This document shows positions 25,201 to 35,580 of a DNA stretch of 39,183 nucleotides, piece after piece (position 1 is the stretch's first letter; the number at the start of each line of letters is the position of its first letter). The stretch is from Vermamoeba vermiformis (Eukaryota), in NCBI GenBank assembly GCA_045837725.1, contig JBEWZL010000134.1, forward strand, positions 1 through 39,183. Direction: 5' to 3'. The position numbers and the translations under genes were made by a program. The notes under the pieces are model-generated. The model ran no database searches. It worked only from the letters and a program-made list of their open reading frames with translations, and was not told where the DNA came from.

Positions 25201-27439
25201 GTAATTTCCTTTTATGGAAGTTCAAATAAATTACGGATGCCTGATTATGAAAAAAATATTAATTCGAGATTTTTTTTTGCAGGATAAGATCGTTAGTGAT
25301 TAAAATATTAGAGACCAAATACATGGATGAATTTCTGGAGAGCAAACTTTGCAGCGATTTCAAGGCACGATGGGACATAGCACGTGTCGAGTACCTCGAT
25401 TTTCATGAACGAGAAACTCAACGAAAACTCGATGGACTTAGTTCGGGACAAGAATCTGATTCGAACTCGAACAAAGAGGTACGATTACCAAAAAAGGAAA
25501 TACCGCAAATTTGAGCTTATTATAGGTCGTATAAATAATTGGTTAACATTTAAATCGTTTTCAGATCACGCCAGAACAGCGCAAATTGAAGTTGATGCGC
25601 ACGAAGAGTTTGATCGAACGATCAGCCATTCCTTCATTCCCACCACCTGAAGAGAGCTCTTCGCCAAAGACATTGAAAGTTCTCGAAGACAAACGCGAGG
25701 TACGTAGCAAAATTAATCTCAATTCAGGGATCTAATGCAATATTCAATTTCAGAGCCGCAAATCGATGAAAAGTCCTAGAAAAGTTTCTGTTGAGGCTGA
25801 AAAGTAAGTATAGAGCCAGAGAAACGATATTTTGTTAATGACACTTTGACACGTGTCATCGTGAGTGTCAGTCAAGATCAGTGTTGACCTTAGCTGACAC
25901 GATTCGAATTTGACACTTAATGAGTTGACACGTGTCATTTTTGGGATAAAATAGCGGTTGTATAAATATGTAATATCTTATTTAATCTTGTTATTTTAGG
26001 GTGATGAAAAAATTGAACAAAAAAACAAAAAAGCGATTAAGATCAAAGTAAGCACTAGATAACGAAAATATCGAGAGTAATAAGTATACTAATATTATAT
26101 TCTATTTTTAGTACTTTATCGCTGAAAATTAGCGGTGCTGACATGCAAATGATGGAAGCAATTTTGAAAGATCCGAACGGCTTGCCTGTTTTGTTAGAAT
26201 TCGTCGCTGGCTCACCTGAAGAAAGCGTAAGTTATCGATATTATTGCTATATTTAATAATAACATTTCTATATTAGGCTCTATTGAATTTTTATTTGGAC
26301 GTTGAAAATTTGACGAAGCTAGAAAATGAAGAACAGATTAAAGAAATGGTAAATATAATAATCTATAGTATACTTTTATATCATATTAATATTATGATGT
26401 AGATTGATTTAATTTGGCAATCTTATTTTGTCCAAGAAATTTTGCCGAAGCTAGATCCGGAAATAACTAAGTCCCTAAAGAAGAAATTTGCTCAAAATCA
26501 AGTAAGTTCATACGAAATAGATTAATATAGTATATTCGTATAATACTAACGTTTCTATTAGGATATCGATAAGTTTGTATTCGACAAAGCTAGGACGAAC
26601 GTTTTTGAAATTATGGCGAGTTATATTTATCCGAGGTAAGCTAAATTATTATTATAACATCTATTTTCCCATTAATAATTAGTTAAAAACGTTTTCTTGC
26701 GTTTTAAATTTCCAGTACAAACGCAAATCTACGAAAAAAATTTCAAATCAGCGTATTAATTAATTTTATTACGTATTATAGGTTCATATTGAATCAAACT
26801 ATCGAGTTTTCAAAATCAACGCCTAGTTCTCCGCGAAGTATGAGTTCTTCATGGTCGAGCGTCGAATCTAGTCCAAATGGTCTTGGTAACAGCACTGGAA
26901 GCTTGAATAGTCCTACGCCTAGCTTTAAGAGTACTAAGAGCCCTTCGAAGAGGTCATTAAGATCCTCAAAATCGGCATCATATTTACCGACTCAAAGCGA
27001 GATCGAGCCGGCGCCAAAAGAACCAAGCAGCATCGAGAAAATTGACGTAAATAGACGAGGACCTGAACGAAAGACATCATTCAAGTTACCAGACGATGAG
27101 AACAATACTAACAGCAATAATAATACAAATACAAATACCGAATCCAGTACAACTTCCAAAAAAGGAAAAGACGTGGATCCGCTAACGCAATCTGAGACCA
27201 GCGAGAGGTATAAGAGCTCTAGTCGTAAAGAAAAATCTCGGTCAGACAAAAAGAAGAAAAAGAGGTCTATCAGCGATGAAGATATGAAGAAAGTAAAGCC
27301 AGTTAAATCATCCGGCGAATTAATTTCGCCAAGAAATTCCTCGAAAGAAAGTTTAAATGGCTCGGCGAGTAGTTTAACGAGGAGCTTGAGTACCGTTACT
27401 AGGAGCTCTACGAACTCGTTATTTAATTCGAACAAATAA
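22233..27439 (+). CDS. Multi-exon protein with an N-terminal BAR-like helical domain, three RGS domains and a Ser/Lys-rich tail
   Basis: RGS1: AFLRILRQTHNSEEYSIFLEEI..ITEKFIDPE..INID..LFNQAVKEIE..IIPKFLNSDIF. RGS2: VISNPLAMDYFTHFL..INLLLDIE..KYMDEFLESKL. RGS3: ILKDPNGLPVLLEFV..LNFYLDVE..IWQSYF..VFDKARTNVFEIMASYIYPRF. Confidence 0.8.
25839..25937. promoter_or_regulatory. Intronic cluster of TGACAC motifs with two perfect TGACACGTGTCA palindromes
   Basis: Palindromes at 25847-25858 and 25926-25937. Half sites at 25839, 25865 (reverse), 25895 and 25911. Confidence 0.5.
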
Positions 27440-27584
27440 TAAATCGTTACGAAACCTTGTTTATAGTCGAATTGCTGCTCTTTCCAGTTAAAATACTTAG
27501 ATAATGTTTTACCTACATAGAGGATCTGATGTTCAATTGTTTGTTGGGATCCGATCAGGACCGGATGTTTATTTCAACTGCAGA

Positions 27585-28700
27585 TCAGAACATAATCAAT
27601 AAATTCGCAGCAGCAATGCAGAGAGCGCCAGCAGAAATGATCTTCGAAGCGGGGCTTGTACCAGGGGCTTGAGTTGCTGGCTTACCACTCGGACCATTGG
27701 TATTGCCAGAAGGACCATTCGTACTGCCAGATGGAGTATTTGTATTGTCAGAAGGAGTGTTAGTAGCACCTGCCATAATAAATTAATAAAATTGATTAAA
27801 AATTTTTGCAATGCTTCGCGATTGTTTTTTGACCTTAATCCAGTTACGTTCGATCGTAAATCATTATTATTTAATGCAATGAATAAGTAATGAATATTAT
27901 TTTGTTCGCTTACTTGGAGCAGAGGGAGGAAGAGCGACACATCCGGATTGCACAAATGACAGACCAAAATCTGCGCTGTAAGCGCACTCTTCAGAAGCAG
28001 AGAGTTCAGTACACAGAGGTGCAGAATCAGGGCACAACGTAGCGCCAAGCACGCCCTGTGAAGAGCACGTGGTGTTGACATGGATTACTTGATCGTCCAC
28101 GGAATCCCATGAAACCAAGCCAAAAAAGATACCATTATAGTTTTCGGCGACTATATAATGATATGATTACAAAGGGAATCGTTTTGAAGAGTTTAGTACT
28201 GTCAGAAAAGAAAATCGGGACGGATTCACAAAAAAAGATTTTTCAGCGTTAATTAATTTCAAAATTATAGAATTCCTCTTATGCAATATTATGCTTACAG
28301 TAGTGCACTTGAATGGGCTCAACGGAGCAGTTTTCTGCGTTGTAGGTCGTAATAACAACCGGCAAGGATTCGGTTTCAGTCAAATTAGGCATCAGACTCT
28401 TGCAATAAGGCGCATAGTAAATAGAATGAGGTTCGTAGCCTTGAAGAACCTGGCATTGGTAGGATTGGGCTACTTCTTCAGCAGATCTTTTCGCATCGCA
28501 CCATCTTCGTCCGGATGTCTGAAAACAGTAGATTAAATTCTATTCTCAATTATATTTTTAATAATATTACGTACTATTTGTACGGCAACAGGAGTGGTGC
28601 AATTGCTGTCAGAATAGGTCACATAGTAAAACCAATCCGCTGCGCTAACAACAGAGACGCAAGCAATTAATAATAACGAACTAATCAACAACTTTTGCAT
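27585..28700 (-). CDS. Small secreted Cys-rich, probably GPI-anchored surface protein (4 exons)
   Basis: Signal peptide MQKLLISSLLLIACVSVSA, motifs YSDSNCTT and YNAENCS, a P/S/T/N linker, and hydrophobic end SPASKIISAGALCIAAANLLIMF*. Confidence 0.8.
27681..27764 (-). repeat. 4 x 21-bp coding minisatellite
   Basis: Encodes TNTPSDN-TNTPSGS-TNGPSGN-TNGPSGK. Confidence 0.85.
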
Positions 28701-28776
28701 TGTGTATTACTATTGTAATTGCAGTAAATAAACAACAAAACGCAACGATTTTGCTTGTAAAATGGAATTCTAAAAG

Positions 28777-28796
28777 TGACACGTGTCATTGTGACA
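28777..28796. promoter_or_regulatory. TGACACGTGTCA palindrome plus TGACA half site upstream of the GPI-protein gene
   Basis: Lies about 80 bp upstream of the ATG at 28700 and is identical to the intronic palindromes at 25847 and 25926. Confidence 0.45.
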
Positions 28797-29160
28797 GCCA
28801 GGAACGTTCCTTGAACCGCAACACGGATAATATTCATTAATTATTATATACTAATAAATTGAGCAGTTTCGTATCCTACTCATCGCTGCCTTGATTTGCC
28901 GCAGATCTGCTAATCGATAAGCAGATCTGTTTCGTTTTTCAATGCTCGGCGGTTCTTTTTTGCTTGAGCTGGAATTTCATATATCACGTTTACTTATTAT
29001 AATCGAAATACATCTTTCTCGATTCTATAGATAACAGCTATCAATTTTTTTTGGATCTGGCATTGTTTTAAAGGTACAAAAAGTTGATTGTTTTTACTCG
29101 GAATATTTACACTATTAAATATTAATATGGCGTTCAATCGTATAATATGCACAATTTGAC

Positions 29161-31484
29161 TCAATAACCGTTATTATTATTGAACTCGTACTGATGTTGA
29201 TGCGTCAGATCCAAATCCGGATCTGGCTCGTTCGAAAAATCAGGCTCTAAATCATCGTCATCACCGTTCCATATTATATTAGGACTAGGATTTGTATTGG
29301 TTGATGGACTACTGTCGCTTTGTGATGTTTCCATATTTAGAAACGACGGTGCATTTGCCATGTAATTCATCACTAATCGTTGAATTTCACTGTTCATGTA
29401 CCAAATAAGGCCTAATAAAATAAGATTATATTAGTAACAATATATATATATATATTAGATAAATATAAGCTTTGGTTATTTAGTTCAATTTATTCGATTT
29501 TTTTGTCCGAGCTGGATCTACCGTCAATTGAAAATTCGAGAATGGCATTTAGCATATTATATTTATTATAATATTGCTAATATTTTTCTCGCGATCGATC
29601 GGTAAATTGAATTCCACTGTAAATTGTTTTGCGTGACAGATCCAATACTTAATATTTTTCACGAATAAATTTTGATCTTAACAATTAATTAAAGGAATAT
29701 ATAGATGGTATATTCGAATGAAAATTACCAAATATGGAAGTTATTTTTTCAAATCAAACTGTTCAGCTGAAAAATCGTACCTTGTTTAGATCTCGTTGGT
29801 TCTCGATTAGAGATCGATACCAAATATAGATAATAGTCAAATAAGCTCGAAATCCACAATCTGACAGCATTGCTAGGTAATTGCGTGAATGACAGTGCTG
29901 TCGTTTGAATGTAATTTCCAACGCGATCTGGATCCGGATGTACCCTGCTGATTTCTAGACCACTGCGTATGCCGTATATACAAATAGTATAGTAGTTCTT
30001 ATGAAAGGTGTCACTAATGCTATCAATAAGCGGTTCAATTTCTTTCAGCGTATTGTCGATCCAGCTAGATGTCGAATAAAATAATTAATAGACAAGCACC
30101 AAATAGGCATTATTAACATATATAATAATATTTAAGAGCATAATAATTACTATAAGGTTAAATTACTGCGTTTAAAATGAGTTTTCGATTTTTTTTAGCG
30201 CATCTGGATTTGATCCCAAATTTTTGTTACTAAGGTTACGTACTGATAAGCTTCTTCGTTGTAAATAAAATCGGGTAGCGTTACCGAACAGAAGACGTAT
30301 ATTACTGTAGCCATTATTTTTTGTTCGTTGCTTTTTAAGCCCTACATCCACGATGAAAAAATTAAAATTCAGCAAAAAATATGATTTTAAGGCTTTGACT
30401 TACTTGATTCCGCGAGATTTTTTGTAATTTTTGCGTCCATGATACTCGTTGAATAGGATCACTCGAAGCTACGCTTAAATAAGAATATAATCTGAAAATA
30501 AAATTCGGTTAGATCCGGATTCGCCAAAAATTTAAATTTGCGATTAATTATCTTACATATCGAGAATAGGCTCTGATATATTTTGTTCCATAGTGTCCAA
30601 AAAGCCTAATGTCGTCGAAACTAACGTCTTAATTACGGAATATTTTCCGCTGACTCCAGCGCACATAATTAAATACAGCAAAGTTGACGCCATATTGTTG
30701 CTAAAATTAGGATTGTATTGGGCATCTCTATCGACCAATAGACTCGTTATTATAGACGTTGAAATGCTTTGAAATTGATCCGCCAAATCTGTCAAATTCA
30801 GCAACTTCGTTCCTGTCAAAGCAATTAGCTGATATACCATAGAAATATATAATACGTACCTAGTGTAAATATTGATGCATATTCGCCCATCGGAACTAAA
30901 ATTTCTACGCTCGACGAACGGATGGAGGCAAAAAACTCTTCGGGCAATTGCTCTAAAAACTGCTTCCAATATGTATTTGCGATATCTACTGAATAATCAA
31001 ATTTAGCTCCGGGTATGAATGGTCCAATTACGCTAATGAACGTGTCTAAGACGATTTTTGTTGCAGATGTGGATTGCAAAAATTGTTGCGAGTCGGGCGT
31101 GAATTGAGGCTTTCTATCATGTTCATATTTAGCTGCTAATTCCTCGAATTTCTTTTTCCAAAATTGCGCTTGGTTTTTTTGACTTTCAAGCTCGAGTTTT
31201 AAAGCATCAACTTGTCGGGTCAATTGCACGGTCAGATCCAACTTCCTTTTGACGCGCTCTTCTTTTGGTATTAATTGTCTATCATATTGGCACTGTCGGT
31301 TTCTTTTTTTGCATTGAAAGCAAGGAAGTGCCCCATCGCACTTGATCTTCCTTCTATTGCAAAAATCACATGCTGGATGCTTAGAATTATTTTCTTTTTT
31401 TCCAGTAATTGTTTCTTGATTATTAGAAGTTGAAAAATCTTCAGACAACTCGTCAGATTCACCACGGGGCGAAGTTTTCTCCAT
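29161..31484 (-). CDS. Zn(II)2Cys6 (Gal4-type) binuclear-cluster transcription factor
   Basis: CDFCNRRKIKCDGALPCFQCKKRNRQC (CX2CX6CX5CX2CX6C, 31370-31290), then a coiled coil, a multi-exon helical middle region and an acidic/Asn-rich C-terminus. The start codon is uncertain. Confidence 0.9.
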
Positions 31485-32158
31485 TCCAAATAGATCTTTA
31501 CTGACGCTAATAGGTGTATTTACATAGATTACTATTGTTTAGTATCGTTTCATATCTTAAAATAAATGCCTTGTCATCGTGCGAAAAATGAAATTGTTTC
31601 CCGCGTGATTTTGATTGTTATTATTAGAATCAAATCGAGATATAACATCCTACCATAAGCACACTCGTGTTAATGATACTATAATACCACGTAGCGATTG
31701 GAATTCGGTAATGTAACGGAGTTTCATAGGGCGACTTTTGGCATTGCAAATTTTACCAGGTTAGATGTCAATCGAATTAATTGACTAATATTTATTTATT
31801 TATTTATTAATTAGCACAGTTGGTTGAGCGGGATATTATTATCAAACTCTCTATAAATCCATGCATCTAATTTTTTTGGGACTCGCGTTCCCGTGCTGGT
31901 TTATTAATTTAATAGTAATTGTATCCCGAATAATTATTTTGTTCATATTTATTTAATTACAGTTGCATAGTGTCCATATCAAGTTACCGAATACAAAGCC
32001 AACGTTCTAACCCAGCCCTATCGATGCATTCAGGCAATAGCAAAATAAGGATGCTCTTTGTTCATACGTAGTCTTTTGTACAACGAGCCTGTGCATATAG
32101 TTCTCACAATTTGAACGAACGCTGGATCCCGTGCCTGAACTCCGGATTTGTTCACTAG

Positions 32159-32306
32159 TCCAAAAAACCCGTGTACGAAAAATGGGCTGATCGGGCCGAA
32201 ATTATTTTTGATGGCCAAATTGATTGGTAATACTGTATTAATCATTCCTGTACCATACAGAAGGATTTTAGTAGATCCGGCCCAAAATCGTTCACGCATT
32301 TTTGGA
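32159..32306. repeat. Imperfect ~34-bp inverted repeat (possible MITE relic)
   Basis: 32159-32192 reads tccaaaaaacccgtgtacgaaaaatgggctgatc. The reverse complement of 32274-32306 reads tccaaaaatgcgtgaacgattttgggccggatc. Confidence 0.5.
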
Positions 32307-32479
32307 TCTCAACAATTTCACTGCACCTACAACAGATTCTTTTAAGCGCTATCTTTGCTGTCCTCACGAACACAGAGATAACAACGGCGTACCCGAAATC
32401 GACGTTTTTTTATTCAAGTCTAACTAACGATGTTCAGTAAACAAGCGCAACCAATTTTGTCTAAGATTTTCAAGAATTA

Positions 32480-34195
32480 TTATACAGTATTACCGGTCAA
32501 AAATATTATTTGCTTGCTATAAATACGTGATATTAGCCCAACAAGTAAGACAACGCAAAGCAAAACGATTGGTGTGGTAACAGTCGCAGATGACACTCTG
32601 CTCTTCGGTGTTGAGTTCTTGGTGGGAGCCGTGCTTGGAGTAGTGACGGGTTCATTACTGTTGGTTTGAGGCGCGTTGTAAGGTGTATTCGGACCCGCTA
32701 CTTGACCTTGTTGTTCAGTGCCAGTTGCCACAGTACCCACTGATTGCACTGTTCGTCCGTTGTTGTTGTTTCCTGCGTTGAGGATTTGATTCAGCGTTGG
32801 AGTTGGAAGATTGGCAATCACACGAGCTGATTCAGCGGCACTCAGTTCGTTGCCACTCTGAGCAGCAGTGATCTCGAATGTGATTTGAACGATGCTCGTC
32901 GCTCTCTTCTTGGTGACTGGCGTCGATGTCACATTCACCACGTTCACTCTGTCGAGTGTCATGTTCAGCACATTGGCGATTCCATCACGAATGTTGTCGA
33001 CATCTGATTGTGTGACATCAGTGCTCGATGTGAAGCTGAGAACGAATGACACGTTCTGAAGACACAACAAACGAGTGTCGGAAGTGTCAAAGTTGACGGA
33101 GTAAGTGCTCAAGAACCACGTGGCACTTCCGGAGTATGAGAACGAGAACGCTGAGTCGGGGTAGAAGTCTGCAATCGGAGGTCAGTTAGATTGCCACCAA
33201 TTGCTTACTTGAACGACCAACAGCGAATGACGTGGGTTGATTTCTGTCATCAACGTCACTGAATCGGTTGTTGGGACCCACTGCCAACTGAGCGATATAG
33301 GACTCGGCGTTATTGTATCCCAAGTGAACGATTAGACCATTGCCAGTCTGTTCGATGCACTCAAGGATTGGTTGAATGTTTGGAACAGGTGCTTGACACG
33401 TGCAATTGAAAGTTTGAGGAAATGAGAAGATCGGATCTGTTGAGGCAACTCCGTCGAGTCGAACACGAACGCTGTGCAAATAGTTAATTAGTAAAGTACT
33501 TTGGAGTGTCGACAATATTACCTGATCGAAGCACCATTGCACAACGCTGTCAATTGTACGTTTTGACCCTGCACTGGGTGTTGCTTGGACTTGATCGTCT
33601 TCGAACAGACCTGACAACGGATTTCGAACTTGAACGGTATACTTTGAGGTCCAGTTGTACGTGTTGAATTGGACTGATGTTTGACAATCACTTGCCACGG
33701 ATACAGTCGGGGTCTCTGAACAAATATAACGTTAATCTCAAGCCTGCATGTAAATGCATTGTATCGTACCTATTAAGGCAAGTAATGTGCCGTCATGACG
33801 GTATTTCACTCTCAAAATGAAGAAGTATGGGACAGCCTCGGATATTTAAAACGGACTTGTTTGTGGATTAACAAACGTTAGGTTGTTTCCAGTGCTGAAC
33901 CAGACATTTCCGTCAGCGCCAAGAGTAGCATCCAAAGGAGGATATCCTACAATGATTAGTCCCAAAAAAATCAATAATAGGCCCAACGGAGCTTACCACC
34001 GTAATCACAAGTCAAATCCGCTGCATTAACAATCGTATTGACGGAAAGATATTCCCCTCAATCCAAAGAATGCAACTCCGGCTGTTTAATTTTTAGAAAA
34101 TATAAAACGCTGTTGATCTTGCCTGGTGCTTGTGCGGAGATAAACAACAGTTGAAGTGCAACAATAGCACCGAATATTAAAAATTTAGCTGCCAT
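32480..34195 (-). pseudogene. Disrupted cell-surface protein gene: signal peptide, propeller-like blade, PILEC-GY-N-QPT domain, SEA-like domain, S/T/P stalk, hydrophobic tail
   Basis: ATG 34195 (MAAKFLIFGAIVALQLLF). Exon 2 has no frame open from end to end (GGGG at 34054-34057). There is an in-frame TAA at 33846-33848 and a frame mismatch at the 33521-33472 intron (GGG at 33567-33569). Confidence 0.65.
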
Positions 34196-34322
34196 TTGTT
34201 GTGTTGTTGTGGTGTAACTATTAGAATACCCGTAAACAAAACGACAAAGATTTTCAGAATACTGTCAAAACGATGGAGACAACTTTAAAAAAAAGATTTT
34301 GTATAAATAACAAGTTGACGGA

Positions 34323-34722
34323 GAAGTGTCAAAGTTGACGGAGTAAGTGCTCAAAAACCACGTAGCACTTCCGGAGTATGAGACCGAGAACGCTGAGTCG
34401 GGGTAGAAGTCTGCAATCGGAGGTCAGTTATATTGCCACCAATTACTTTCCAAATGCTTACTTGAACGACCAACAGCGAATGACGTGGGTTGATTTCTGT
34501 CATCAACGTCACTGAATCGGTTGTTGGGACCCACTGCCAACTGAGCGACGTAGGACTCGGCATTATTGTAGCCCAAGTGAACGATTAGACCATTGCCTGT
34601 TTGTTCGATGCACTCGAGGATCGGGGTGACATTCGGAACAGGTGCTTGACACGTGCAATTGACAGTTTGAGGAAATGAGAAGATTGGATCTGTTGAGGCA
34701 ACTCCGTCGAGTCTGACTCGAA
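34323..34722 (-). pseudogene. Fragment of a paralog of the 32480-34195 gene (copy of 33081-33469, including its intron)
   Basis: Direct high-identity match. The peptide RVRLDGVASTDPIFSFPQT.NCTCQAPVPN..PILECIEQTGNG...QPTSFAVGRS occurs in both. Confidence 0.9.
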
Positions 34723-35488
34723 TATATGCAAAGACTTCAATTCTGTCAAAAGTGTGGCTCGATCCTTGATGCAGTTCCATTTGTCGGCGTCAATAGCACT
34801 CTAATAATCTTATGTGGGTTAATTAATTCATTTAAATTCAATTCTGCTGTATTTTTGCGCAGAAATCTTGTTGAATCGGTGGAATTCCTTTTAATCTCGA
34901 GATCCGTCAGGTTGCAAATTTTTTAAGGTGCATTGAAGAGCCTTGCCTTCATCATGTTTGTTATCAAATCCGTATATAGCTAAAGTTTGTATATTGATCA
35001 ACACTTCGTATTTAATTGGTGCTCGGCTGCTGATCTGCTGATCTGTCAGCGCCGTTAAGTTTGACAGGCCATTGAATACAGAACCCCGTTTTGTGATGTA
35101 TTTGCATTCTTCAAGTGATATCGATGTGATATTTGATATTTTTGTAAGTTTTCGAGTTAGTTTGGACAATGAAAGTTCCGCGGATGTGATAGATTCTGGA
35201 ACCGGATTGCGATTAATTCTTTAATTTAGGTAAGAATTTTGCTAAATTCGTCTAGCTGACTATCTTTAATTCGTCTTACTCGTACTGGTAAATTGCTTCG
35301 GAGAAAATTTAGCGAATAAAAATAAATATTAATTCGTCTGAAATTGGCTCGATCTGCTCCACATAGAAATGCTGTAATTGCATAAATTATTTCATTTGGC
35401 AATTTTTCCTATGAGTATTTAGTTAATAAGAGTATTGAAGATTTAAATCCGCAGCTCGATCAACGTCTCCCGATCTTTTGCTTACCAT
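34720..35488 (-). pseudogene. Truncated F-box/LRR pseudogene, paralog of 35581-37300
   Basis: ATG|GTAAGC intron 35485-35409, then EKLPNEIIYAITAFLCGADRANFRRINIYFYSL. TAA at 35226-35228 and frameshifts near 35178, 34915 and 34800. Homology continues to LTELKSLHIF at ~34720. Confidence 0.85.
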
Positions 35489-35580
35489 GACTTGTTTGGA
35501 GCATTTCAAGTCTTGCAACTTATTGAACGTGCACGAAGCTTTAAAGTAAATGAAACTTTAGTAAAAATATTACATTAAAG

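Noticed and set aside
27681..27764. Regularly spaced repeats as a CRISPR-like array
   Set aside because: This is a coding minisatellite with no unique spacers, in a eukaryotic context with no cas genes.
31809..31901. Canonical tRNA gene
   Set aside because: It lacks the TTCG T-loop and a proper anticodon arm, and has an internal T7 run. It is kept only as a low-interest finding.
32030..32345. Short ORFs on both strands
   Set aside because: No motif or splice support; the region is better explained by inverted repeats.
33846..35228. In-frame TAA codons as evidence of a non-standard genetic code
   Set aside because: They co-occur with frameshifts, and intact genes in the window terminate with TAA, TAG and TGA normally.
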